Translations under genes and position numbers: made by a program
Shown: one piece after another, positions 14,398-22,585 of the stretch
Layout of the letters: every line of letters begins with the position of its first letter
Position numbering within the stretch: the first letter of the stretch is position 1
Notes under the pieces: model-generated
What the model saw: the letters and a program-made list of their open reading frames with translations, nothing else
Database searches by the model: none
Told to the model about the DNA's origin: nothing
DNA from: Candidatus Stahliibacteriota bacterium
Lineage (GTDB): Bacteria > Hydrothermota > Tepidihabitantia > SM23-42
NCBI GenBank assembly: GCA_030609135.1
Contig: JAUWCU010000004.1
Span: 1 to 62,344 of the forward strand
Direction: 5' to 3'
DNA length: 62,344 bases

Positions 14398-15377
14398 ACC
14401 AACTTTAACAACTCATCAACAATATCGTCTGATCTTATATCTTCAGCTTCCGCGGCAAAATTGGTGAGTATACGATGCCGCATTACTGGGTGGGCAACAT
14501 ATCTAATATCATCAAAACTCGGTGAGTATCGACCGTCAAGCGCTGCCTTTGCCTTGGCGCCAAGAATAAGATATTGAGATGCCCTTGGACCGGCTCCCCA
14601 ACCAACATATTTCTTTACAATACCAGGACTCGTTTCCTGCCTTGGTCTGGTCAAACCAACAAGTCTTATAGCTCGCTCTATGACGTCATCAGCTACTGGC
14701 ATCTTCCTTATCAACCTTTGTAAGGATTTCAATTTGGTTGCGCTAATAACTTTCTCCAATTTAGCCTCATAAGCTGAGGTCGTTGTTTTAACTATCTCAA
14801 CCTCTTCCTCGGAGCTCGGGTAGTCAATGTTTATTGTGAACATAAACCGGTCAAGCTGTGCTTCAGGTAGCGGATATGTACCTTCTTGTTCGATCGGGTT
14901 CTGAGTCGCCAATACAAAGAAAGGTCGCGGCAGATCATACGTATGACCAGCATAAGTAACCTGGTACTCTTGCATTGCCTGAAGCAAAGCTGACTGAGTC
15001 TTGGGAGGTGCCCGGTTAATCTCGTCAGCAAGGATTACATTGGCAAATATGGGGCCATGAACAAATCGAAAACTTCTCTTTCCAGTAGTTAGATCCTCTT
15101 CGATCACCTCGGTACCAGTTATATCTCCCGGCATAAGATCGGGTGTGAACTGAATTCGATTGAACGACAAGTCAAGGATACTGGCGATCGTGTTAACAAG
15201 CATGGTCTTGGCAAGACCAGGGACACCGATTATCAAAGCATGACCATCACAGAACAAACTGATTAACACCTGGTCAATTACAAACGCCTGCCCGATTATC
15301 GCTTTACTAATCTCTGTACATATCTCTTTATGAACCAGCTTGAGGTCATTTATTTGTGAAATATCGCTTTTTTTCAT
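14394..15377 (-). CDS. moxR: MoxR-family AAA+ ATPase
   Basis: Walker A GVPGLAKT, Walker B/AAA_3 signature ILADEINRAPPKTQSALLQAMQE and ATQNPIEQEGTYPLPEAQLDRF. Confidence 0.9.
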   Translation of the reverse strand: MKKSDISQINDLKLVHKEICTEISKAIIGQAFVIDQVLISLFCDGHALIIGVPGLAKTMLVNTIASILDLSFNRIQFTPDLMPGDITGTEVIEEDLTTGKRSFRFVHGPIFANVILADEINRAPPKTQSALLQAMQEYQVTYAGHTYDLPRPFFVLATQNPIEQEGTYPLPEAQLDRFMFTINIDYPSSEEEVEIVKTTTSAYEAKLEKVISATKLKSLQRLIRKMPVADDVIERAIRLVGLTRPRQETSPGIVKKYVGWGAGPRASQYLILGAKAKAALDGRYSPSFDDIRYVAHPVMRHRILTNFAAEAEDIRSDDIVDELLKLV

Positions 15378-15385
15378 TTGTCCTA

Positions 15386-15415
15386 ATTATAAGCGGGTTG
15401 TGGATAACTTGTAAA
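15386..15415 (-). promoter_or_regulatory. sigma70-type promoter abutting moxR (leaderless candidate) with a DnaA box in its spacer
   Basis: TTTACA (15415-15410) or TTACAA, N17-18, TATAAT (15391-15386), then 8 nt with no SD to ATG 15377. Confidence 0.5.
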
Positions 15416-15518
15416 GCGGTTTATTAATAAACCGCTAAAATGCTTGAAATATAAGGGCCTCGCATTTATCCACAATTTTTCAGTATTTATCCACATTGTT
15501 TTCGCCTACTTACCCACA
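15399..15518. promoter_or_regulatory. DnaA-box cluster: 3 perfect TTATCCACA plus 1 one-mismatch box
   Basis: TGTGGATAA at 15399-15407, TTATCCACA at 15466-15474, TTATCCACA at 15487-15495, and TTACCCACA at 15510-15518. I saw no other perfect copy in the window. Confidence 0.6.
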
Positions 15519-16370
15519 AGTTGAGCCCTCATACAGCTCTTTTCTTCTTGCTTCGAGTAAGTCTTCTTGCTTACCCAAATAGCCAGCAGCTGAGCATACC
15601 TTGACGTCGCTTCTCAATTCATGAAGTTCGCTGATATGATCAGCCCAGTTTGCATCGCGCAACAGATGGTGATCAATGATGAAGTGCTTCACTGGTGTTT
15701 GTTTAACAATTCGCTTCATGTTTTGAATCGATTGCGAAATATGGCTCTTTTTATAGTGTGAACCAAGCAAATAAGTAGCGGGTCCATCGAGGATAATTAT
15801 ATCAGGAGCTTTATCAATAATAAAATCAATTGCCGCTTCATCTAATAAACCCTGAACATCAGACGTGAAGAGAAATTTCTCCTGGTCAGCAATGAATACC
15901 TCTATGACATAGCCGAGTCGCGCAGATAGCCCGTGAAATACTGGCGCTGAGAAAACAACTTTCGTACCGCCAAATTCAAAAGCCTTGCCGTCGGCAAATT
16001 TGATTTCTTTGGCACCGGGTTCAATCATCATGAGCAGTGCTTCAGCCCGCTGTTTTTGGCTTTGATTAATCGACTCTCTCGGATGTTTTAGAAGAATTTC
16101 CTTCCCTTCATATAAACCCTGGTCATCAGGGTTATGATGATCATAATGGTAGTGTGTGATAATCACAATATCGGCAATACTGGTCCAGCGTTTAACCGCA
16201 GCCAACATCTCGCGCCGACGGTCTAACTCTATTCGATGCGGTGGTAACGAGTAACGGTCAGGGGAAACAGACACACCTGGGTCAATAACAACTCTGACAT
16301 CATTCGTCTCAACATAGGTTGCCATACTGCGTACACCTAATGAATCAAACGCAATGGGAACGACCTTCAT
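15510..16370 (-). CDS. MBL-fold metallo-hydrolase (resembles the archaeal UPF0282 family)
   Basis: Metal-binding motif ITHYHYDHHNP and N-terminus MKVVPIAFDSLGVRSMATYVETNDVRVVIDPGV. GGAG SD 7 nt upstream. Confidence 0.75.
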   Translation of the reverse strand: MKVVPIAFDSLGVRSMATYVETNDVRVVIDPGVSVSPDRYSLPPHRIELDRRREMLAAVKRWTSIADIVIITHYHYDHHNPDDQGLYEGKEILLKHPRESINQSQKQRAEALLMMIEPGAKEIKFADGKAFEFGGTKVVFSAPVFHGLSARLGYVIEVFIADQEKFLFTSDVQGLLDEAAIDFIIDKAPDIIILDGPATYLLGSHYKKSHISQSIQNMKRIVKQTPVKHFIIDHHLLRDANWADHISELHELRSDVKVCSAAGYLGKQEDLLEARRKELYEGSTCG

Positions 16371-16385
16371 GCTCGCTCCGCGAGT

Positions 16386-16420
16386 CGATAACAGTGATAA
16401 AAAGAAAGATTACAGTGATA
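16386..16420. promoter_or_regulatory. 14-bp direct repeat pair upstream of the MBL gene (possible operator)
   Basis: GATAACAGTGATAA (16386-16399) and GATTACAGTGATAA (16407-16420), spaced 21 bp centre to centre. Confidence 0.35.
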
Positions 16421-16452
16421 ATAACTTCGGAACATCATAACCTCATAACTTC

Positions 16453-16911
16453 TTAACATCGTTTGAAATGGGTATTTTCATATCTCTTCAGGATATTAAG
16501 TCGCCGAAGGTGCCGACCACCTTCAAATTTTGTTTTAAGGAAGGTTTCAATTATCTCTTTTGTCTCCTTTTTGAATTCGACAAAACCCGCGGGTAAGACC
16601 AGAATATTAGCATCATTATGAGCACGCGTTAATGCCGCAACTTCAGTTCCTGTACAGATTGCGGCTCTGATACCGCGCACTTTATTCGCCGTCATCGCCA
16701 TACCTTGACCAGTATAGCACATAAGGATACCGAAACGCATTTTTCTTTGCGCTAAATCCTGCGCAAGACGGAAAGCAATATTCGGATAATCAACTGAAAT
16801 TTCAGAATCTGTTCCATAGTCTATGACCTGGTGCCCCGAACTTTGTAAGAACTTAGTAATCTTTTTTTTGAGTCTAATCCCGCGATGATCAGCGCCAATA
16901 CCAATCTTCAT
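16453..16911 (-). CDS. rpiB: ribose-5-phosphate isomerase B (RpiB/LacA/LacB family)
   Basis: MKIGIGADHRGIRLKKKITKFL...GILMCYTGQGMAMTANK. Start taken at the internal Met (16911), 17 nt after the ilvE stop. Confidence 0.85.
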   Translation of the reverse strand: MKIGIGADHRGIRLKKKITKFLQSSGHQVIDYGTDSEISVDYPNIAFRLAQDLAQRKMRFGILMCYTGQGMAMTANKVRGIRAAICTGTEVAALTRAHNDANILVLPAGFVEFKKETKEIIETFLKTKFEGGRHLRRLNILKRYENTHFKRC

Positions 16912-16928
16912 AATTTGTCCCAAATTAT

Positions 16929-17852
16929 TCAACCAACTTTCGTGAGCCAACCATGTTTGTCTTCTTTTCTACCCTCAATCACATCAAAAAATGCATCCTG
17001 GAGTTGTTTGGTAATCGGCCCACATGTTCCTTTTCCAATTGTGATCTTGTCTATTGATCTTATCGGTGTTACCTCAGCTGCAGAACCAGTAAAGAACACC
17101 TCATCAGCTATGTACAGGTATTCTCTTACCAGCATTTCTTCGATTACCTCAATACCCATTTCCCGAGCAAGCGTCATCACGGTATGACGCGTTATCCCCG
17201 GCAGGATACTTGCATGCAAGGGCGGAGTATGAATGACACCGTCTACAATGGCAAAGATGTTCTCGCCTGAACCTTCACTCACATAACCAGAAGTATCCAA
17301 GGCAATACCCTCAACAAAGCCAAGCGTTATTGCTTCCATCTTTATCAATTGTGAATTCATGTAATTGGCACAGCACTTAGCCATTGCCGGAAATGTATTG
17401 GGTGCCATCCTATTCCAGGTGGAGAACATTACATCAACACCATTTTCCAAAGCTTCTTTACCGAGATACTTACCCCACTGCAGTGTCGCTATGCTAACAC
17501 ACACCGGGCAGTTAAAAGGATTGACCCCAAGTTCTGCATAGCCCCGGTACACAATTGGTCTTATATAAGCATCTTCAAGGTTGTTTCTCTTGATCAGTTC
17601 AATTACCACTTCGTTTAATTCTTCAGTTGTGTAGGGAACTTCCATACGGTATATCTTTGCGGAATTCTTTAATCTCTTGGTGTGTTCGTTTAACCTAAAA
17701 ATGACCCGACCCCTGGGCGTCTTGTAGCATCTCAGACCTTCAAAAACTCCACTTCCGTAATGAATTACGTGGGAAAGTATGTGGATATTTGCGTCATCCC
17801 AATCAACGAACTCACCATCCATCCAAATATATTTTGCCTTTGTCATTGCCAT
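16929..17852 (-). CDS. ilvE: branched-chain amino acid aminotransferase (class IV)
   Basis: IWMDGEFVDWDDANIHILSHVIHYGSGVFEGLRCY...GITRHTVMTLA. SD GAAGGAGG. Confidence 0.9.
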   Translation of the reverse strand: MAMTKAKYIWMDGEFVDWDDANIHILSHVIHYGSGVFEGLRCYKTPRGRVIFRLNEHTKRLKNSAKIYRMEVPYTTEELNEVVIELIKRNNLEDAYIRPIVYRGYAELGVNPFNCPVCVSIATLQWGKYLGKEALENGVDVMFSTWNRMAPNTFPAMAKCCANYMNSQLIKMEAITLGFVEGIALDTSGYVSEGSGENIFAIVDGVIHTPPLHASILPGITRHTVMTLAREMGIEVIEEMLVREYLYIADEVFFTGSAAEVTPIRSIDKITIGKGTCGPITKQLQDAFFDVIEGRKEDKHGWLTKVG

Positions 17853-17922
17853 ATGGAACCTCCTTCGTTAAACTATAATTAAAAACAACTGAAAGTCAAG
17901 TGCACAGAAAAACTCTTTTCAA

Positions 17923-17950
17923 TTGACATGAATTACTTTTTGTCTATAAT
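17923..17950 (+). promoter_or_regulatory. consensus sigma70-type promoter abutting glnA (leaderless candidate)
   Basis: TTGACA (17923-17928), N16, TATAAT (17945-17950), then 6 nt to ATG 17957. Confidence 0.65.
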
Positions 17951-17956
17951 TCTTAA

Positions 17957-19300
17957 ATGGTGAAGCGCACATATATAACTGAATTGAAAAACAAACTAAA
18001 AGCCGCTGCTACTAAGTTTGTTGACTTGAAATATGCATCTTTGACCGGCACAATGCATCATGTTACTATACCAATTGAACGTTTCGAAATCATCATCCGC
18101 GAAGGGGTCGGGGCGGATGGCTCAAGTCTACCTGGCTACAAAGAGATCGAAAAGGGTGACATGTTATTATTTCCTGATTTAACAACCCTCTTCTTTGATC
18201 CATTCTTCAAAGAAAAAACCGCCTCTTTTCTGTCTAGCGTATACACACCTGATACCTTACAACCGTTTCATAAAGACACCCGGCACATCGCCAGAATGGC
18301 AGTCGAGTATTTGAAAAAAGAATTCAAGACCGAGGCTTTTTTTCAACCTGAGCTGGAGTTTTACGTCTTTGACAATTGCACTTTTGGTGAGGGACCAGGA
18401 TATAGTTATTACCGTGTAGAAACAGATGAACAAGATCAACCATCATATCCTTTAAGAAAAAAAGGCGGTTATCATATTGGACAACCCGAAGATCGCTTTG
18501 CAAATTTCCGTAATGCATTAGTCACAACCTTATCACTCTGTAATATCAAAACTAAATACCATCATCCAGAGACTGGCCCAAAAGGACAAATGGAGATTGA
18601 ATTGCTCTTTGAACCACTGCGCAAAGCCGCGGACAATATATTCCTTGCCAAATATGTCTTCAAATGTTTGAGCCGACAGTATGGGAAATATGTTTCTTTT
18701 ATGCCCAAACCACTGTTTGCTGAGCCAGGAAGTGGACTCCATCTACATCAGTATTTGGGCAACCGAAAAAGATCACTTTTTTATCATCCCAAAAAGAAAA
18801 AATACTTGTCCACATTATGTCTCTATTATATCGCGGGCATCCTCCACCATTCGCGCGCGCTCTGCGCCTTGACCAACCCGAGTACGAATTCTTATAAAAG
18901 ACTCATCCCCGGTTTTGAAGCACCAACCTATACTGATTTTGCTGTGGGCAACAGGAAAACAGCAATCCGCCTACCCAAGCACTTGAAAAACAAAAAAATG
19001 ATGGAGATGGAATATCGTCTCCCGGACGCTACTGCCAACCCTTATCTAGCCCTTGCTGCGATACTCCTTGCTGGTATCGATGGTATTAAAAACCACCTCC
19101 AAATTGATAAGCGCGAAAAACTACCGACCAATGTTTATGAAGCGATCAATGCATTAAAACAAGACCACAACTTTCTGCTCCAAGGTGGCGTTTTCTCAAA
19201 AGACCTCATTGAAAGTTGGATTGAAGTAAAAACCAAGCAGTTTGAGGAAATCCACATTAGACCACACCCCTATGAGTTCACGCTGTACTTTGGGACATGA
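17957..19300 (+). CDS. glnA: glutamine synthetase, type I-like
   Basis: KFVDLKYASLTGTMHHVTIP, ELEFYVFD, KGGYH, HHPETGPKGQMEI, FMPKP...GSGLHLHQ, NSYKRLIPGFEAP and RLPDATANPYLALAAILLAGIDGI. Confidence 0.85.
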   Translation: MVKRTYITELKNKLKAAATKFVDLKYASLTGTMHHVTIPIERFEIIIREGVGADGSSLPGYKEIEKGDMLLFPDLTTLFFDPFFKEKTASFLSSVYTPDTLQPFHKDTRHIARMAVEYLKKEFKTEAFFQPELEFYVFDNCTFGEGPGYSYYRVETDEQDQPSYPLRKKGGYHIGQPEDRFANFRNALVTTLSLCNIKTKYHHPETGPKGQMEIELLFEPLRKAADNIFLAKYVFKCLSRQYGKYVSFMPKPLFAEPGSGLHLHQYLGNRKRSLFYHPKKKKYLSTLCLYYIAGILHHSRALCALTNPSTNSYKRLIPGFEAPTYTDFAVGNRKTAIRLPKHLKNKKMMEMEYRLPDATANPYLALAAILLAGIDGIKNHLQIDKREKLPTNVYEAINALKQDHNFLLQGGVFSKDLIESWIEVKTKQFEEIHIRPHPYEFTLYFGT

Positions 19301-20304
19301 AAGATACGATTAAGGTCGGTATTGTAGGGTGCGGCGCCCATGCACAGATCGCTCATATACCTTTTTTCAAAAGAAATCCAGCTTGTACCCTGGTTGCATT
19401 ATGTGATTCTGATATTAGGATAATCGACCACCTCTGTAGTAAATATGAAATACCCGACAAATATCAGGATTTCCAGAAAATCCTTGAGGATGAACGGATT
19501 GATGCGGTAATCATCAGCACGCCAAATTATCTCCATGCCCCAATGGCAATCGCGGCGCTCAAATACGGCAAGCATGTCTTTTGTGAAAACCCGATGGCAA
19601 CAAATCTTGAGGAGGCGGCAGAAATGGTAAGGGTTGCCAAATCATCAGGGAAAAAACTGGCGGTAGCCACTAGCAATCACTTGAGACCCGACGTGCAAAC
19701 CCTGAAGACTTTCATCAAAGAAGGTGAGTTAGGTGATATCTATTACATAAAATCTGGTTGGCTGATCGGTCGTAGAGAATGGATATTGAGCCCCTGGCGT
19801 TTAGAAAAACTCAAAAGCGGAGGTGGTGCTTTTCTAAGTTTGGGGACCAATTTATTGGAGATTGGACTGTACTTCCTGAAAAGCAAAAAAGTAGCATCGA
19901 TATTTGCCTCAATTCATAAACGGGAACCCAAGGCTGAAGTCGAAGATACTGCAATGTGCATCATTAACTTTACTGACGGCACGCTACTCACTATTGAAGT
20001 AAGTTGGTCACTGCTATTTGAAGACGATTTTCTCTACTGCAATGTGTTCGGCAAAAAAGGTGCTGCATTGCTCAATCCTCTGAAAATACAGAAAGAACTT
20101 CACGACGAATTGTACAATGTTACGCCAACGCTGGAACACACTAATATCTACCGCGAATCGTATGAACTCCAGGTGAAGAGTTTTCTGGATTTCCTTACGA
20201 AAAACCAAACACCACCGATTACTTGTGAAGATGGTTTGCTTATAGCCAAAATATCTAAAGCCTTCTATGAATCTGCCCAGCAGCAGAAATTAGTAAGGAT
20301 ATAG
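19297..20304 (+). CDS. Gfo/Idh/MocA family oxidoreductase
   Basis: Rossmann N-terminus IKVGIVGCGAHAQIAHIPFF and the EKPMA-like motif CENPMATNLEEA. The start overlaps the glnA stop (ATGA). Confidence 0.85.
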   Translation: MKDTIKVGIVGCGAHAQIAHIPFFKRNPACTLVALCDSDIRIIDHLCSKYEIPDKYQDFQKILEDERIDAVIISTPNYLHAPMAIAALKYGKHVFCENPMATNLEEAAEMVRVAKSSGKKLAVATSNHLRPDVQTLKTFIKEGELGDIYYIKSGWLIGRREWILSPWRLEKLKSGGGAFLSLGTNLLEIGLYFLKSKKVASIFASIHKREPKAEVEDTAMCIINFTDGTLLTIEVSWSLLFEDDFLYCNVFGKKGAALLNPLKIQKELHDELYNVTPTLEHTNIYRESYELQVKSFLDFLTKNQTPPITCEDGLLIAKISKAFYESAQQQKLVRI

Positions 20305-20308
20305 AATG

Positions 20309-20348
20309 AAGGATATCAGAACATTAGATTATCAGGTTATCAGGAAAA
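20309..20348. repeat. octamer periodic array
   Basis: aaggatat cagaacat tagattat caggttat caggaaaa. Same word family as 6185-6248. Confidence 0.6.
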
Positions 20349-20390
20349 ATATACCTGGTGCCCTGGTATCCTGATACTAAGGAGAACATA

Positions 20391-20519
20391 TAATAGTTTC
20401 AGTGGATTTCGTTAGCATGTTGCACTATTGTCACTCTGAATTTATTTCAGAGTCTCACTTTATTGAGATTCCGAAACAAGTTCGGAATGACAGATTCCAC
20501 AACATAATTGAAACTATTA
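20391..20519. repeat. composite palindromic element
   Basis: 11-bp outer inverted repeat TAATAGTTTCA / TGAAACTATTA. It encloses hairpins ACTCTGAA-tttat-TTCAGAGT (20433-20453) and ATTCCGAA-acaag-TTCGGAAT (20468-20488). Confidence 0.65.
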
Positions 20520-20546
20520 CATGTTCGGAGTAATAACCTTTAACCA

Positions 20547-22019
20547 ATGATCAGAATATACTTAATCATACTCTCAGCGGTATTGATGTCCCTGTCTTTT
20601 CACCCCCTTGGTCTTTATTTTCTCGCCTGGTTCGGTTTAGTCCCGCTTCTCTTTGCCGTTACTGAGGTTCGGCCATTCTCTGCTTTCAAATCAGGGACTA
20701 TTTTCGGGTTCTTGTTCTCTTTATTCTCTTTATTCTGGTTTGTTTTTCTGCAGATCGAAACCAATATAAAAATACTCATGCTCTTTGGTCTAATTCTGTT
20801 ATTCCTCTATTTAGGTGTTTACTACGGGGTTGGCTTTCTTTTTATGAATAAAGTCGGCATTTGGTCATTGCCATTGATTCTTGCTGGATTAGAATTTGTC
20901 CGCGGTGCTGGTGAGCTGGGTTTCCCCTGGCTTGCCTTTGGTTATTCGCAAGCCCGGTACCCATTGTTCATCCAGCAAGCATCGCTCTATGGCGTGTACG
21001 GACTATCTGGCTGGCTTATTTTGATCAATGTGATAGTTTATAAATTGATAAAATCAAAAAATCCGAAGTATGCAATCGCCTTTATTATGGCATTTACTCT
21101 CCCCCTTTTATTCGGCGTGATAAGAATGAACCGTGCAGCTGATGAACCGATCTTGATCGGTATTGTCCAACCAAATATCGACCCTAATCTGAAATTTACC
21201 AAAGCAATGCGCGAAGTCACATTTGACCGCCTCATCTACTTATCAGAACAATGTAATAAGGCTGCCTTGGACCGCTTTGATCAATCACCTGACCTCGTGA
21301 TATGGCCGGAAACAGCAACGCCCATCTTTCTTACGTTTCCCGGTGTTTATCAAAACCGTGTCTATGCACTCGCGCAAAGAATAAATTCGCCCATCTTTAC
21401 AGGTACACCGATCTATGACCGTAAAAAGCGTGAAATCTATAACGGTGCAGTACTCATTGAACCAAAAAAAGGTATTACCCAGGAATACAGAAAAATCCAC
21501 CTCGTGCCCTTTGGCGAACACATACCTTTTGACCAACACATTGCCTTGTTCAAAAAAATCGATCTTGGCGGCGGTGATTACACACCCGGTACCCGGTTCA
21601 CAGTATTTAGAACTGGAGACTTGAAGTTCTCATGCCTTATCTGTTTTGAATCAATATTTCCCGAACTTTCACGTACATTTGTAAATGACGGTGCTGGTCT
21701 GCTCGTTAATATCACAAATGATGGTTGGTTCGGGAAAATATCCGGATCCCAGCAGCACAATGATATGGCAATTCTGCGCACGGTGGAGAATGGTGTTCCC
21801 CTTGTCAGATGTGCAAACACCGGCATATCTATGGTTGTTGACAAATATGGTAGGGTATTAACAGAAAGCTCACTCTTCACCCAAAATTTTATACTCCACC
21901 ACGTATCAATAGTACAGGACAAAACAGTATTTCGATACATCGGTAATGCGGTACCGATACTGTCTTTGCTTATCGCGACGCTCTTGCTCGTCGTAAAAAC
22001 AGTAAAAACTAAAGCGTAG
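20547..22019 (+). CDS. lnt: apolipoprotein N-acyltransferase
   Basis: Multi-pass membrane N-terminal half followed by a CN-hydrolase domain (IGIVQPNI, VIWPETA, KIHLVPFGE, SCLICFES). Confidence 0.85.
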   Translation: MIRIYLIILSAVLMSLSFHPLGLYFLAWFGLVPLLFAVTEVRPFSAFKSGTIFGFLFSLFSLFWFVFLQIETNIKILMLFGLILLFLYLGVYYGVGFLFMNKVGIWSLPLILAGLEFVRGAGELGFPWLAFGYSQARYPLFIQQASLYGVYGLSGWLILINVIVYKLIKSKNPKYAIAFIMAFTLPLLFGVIRMNRAADEPILIGIVQPNIDPNLKFTKAMREVTFDRLIYLSEQCNKAALDRFDQSPDLVIWPETATPIFLTFPGVYQNRVYALAQRINSPIFTGTPIYDRKKREIYNGAVLIEPKKGITQEYRKIHLVPFGEHIPFDQHIALFKKIDLGGGDYTPGTRFTVFRTGDLKFSCLICFESIFPELSRTFVNDGAGLLVNITNDGWFGKISGSQQHNDMAILRTVENGVPLVRCANTGISMVVDKYGRVLTESSLFTQNFILHHVSIVQDKTVFRYIGNAVPILSLLIATLLLVVKTVKTKA

Positions 22020-22313
22020 AGAGAAATGATGCTACGCATGGAAGAGATACTTCGTATGGAAATGATCCACGCCCTGTTAAATAACACATAAAAAGTCATG
22101 TTATTGTGCGAATCGGTATAACATACGTGGGGAAATGAGCATAACTGTTGAGAATCACAGTATTTAACGGGGCGGGATGGAATGGATTCTTCGAATGGAA
22201 TGATTTGAAATGAAAGGAATTACAACTGTTCCAGCCGAAGGTCTCGAGTTTTTCGAGAGGCACGTAGTGCTCTCTTCCAATCCGTTAGGATTCAAAGGTT
22301 CCAGTTACTCAGT

Positions 22314-22480
22314 CAGGCTGTTGATTTAGTGGAGTAGGGGCTTTCCTCCAGAACCGATGGTTCTTACGGAACCAGAGGTTAGCCCCGTTAATTTTGGAGT
22401 GCAATGTCAGGAGACATTGCACTCCAAAATACGAGCATAAATGCTCTACTCCAGTGAAAAAAGACTTTTTCAACAGCCTG
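22314..22480. repeat. about 165-nt structured repeat, copy 2, carrying a nested GGAGTGCA hairpin at 22396-22425
   Basis: Perfect 11-bp terminal inverted repeats CAGGCTGTTGA / TCAACAGCCTG. The central segment differs from copy 1 and is replaced by GGAGTGCAATGTC-AGGA-GACATTGCACTCC. Confidence 0.8.
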
Positions 22481-22548
22481 AATTACTTAATTACTTAGTT
22501 ACTGCTTTACGAGTTTCCTAATAACTCAATCACTAAGCGTCATTAACG

Positions 22549-22576
22549 TTGACAATTTAATATTTCGCAATATAAT
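22549..22576 (+). promoter_or_regulatory. consensus sigma70-type promoter abutting the second GGDEF gene
   Basis: TTGACA (22549-22554), N16, TATAAT (22571-22576), then 9 nt with no SD to ATG 22586. Confidence 0.6.
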
Positions 22577-22585
22577 TGCTATAGT

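Noticed and set aside
15386-15518. Calling the DnaA-box cluster the chromosomal origin (oriC).
   Set aside because: I did not make this call. The spacer is only 132 bp. It has no clear AT-rich unwinding element, no gene-strand divergence at this point, and no dnaA or dnaN nearby. It is kept as a regulatory or titration-site hypothesis instead.
22027-22092. A 21-codon ORF (MMLRMEEILRMEMIHALLNNT) just after lnt.
   Set aside because: There is no convincing SD. The sequence is an 18-nt near-duplication (acgcatggaagagatac / tcgtatggaaatgatcc), so the peptide periodicity is a by-product of the repeat.
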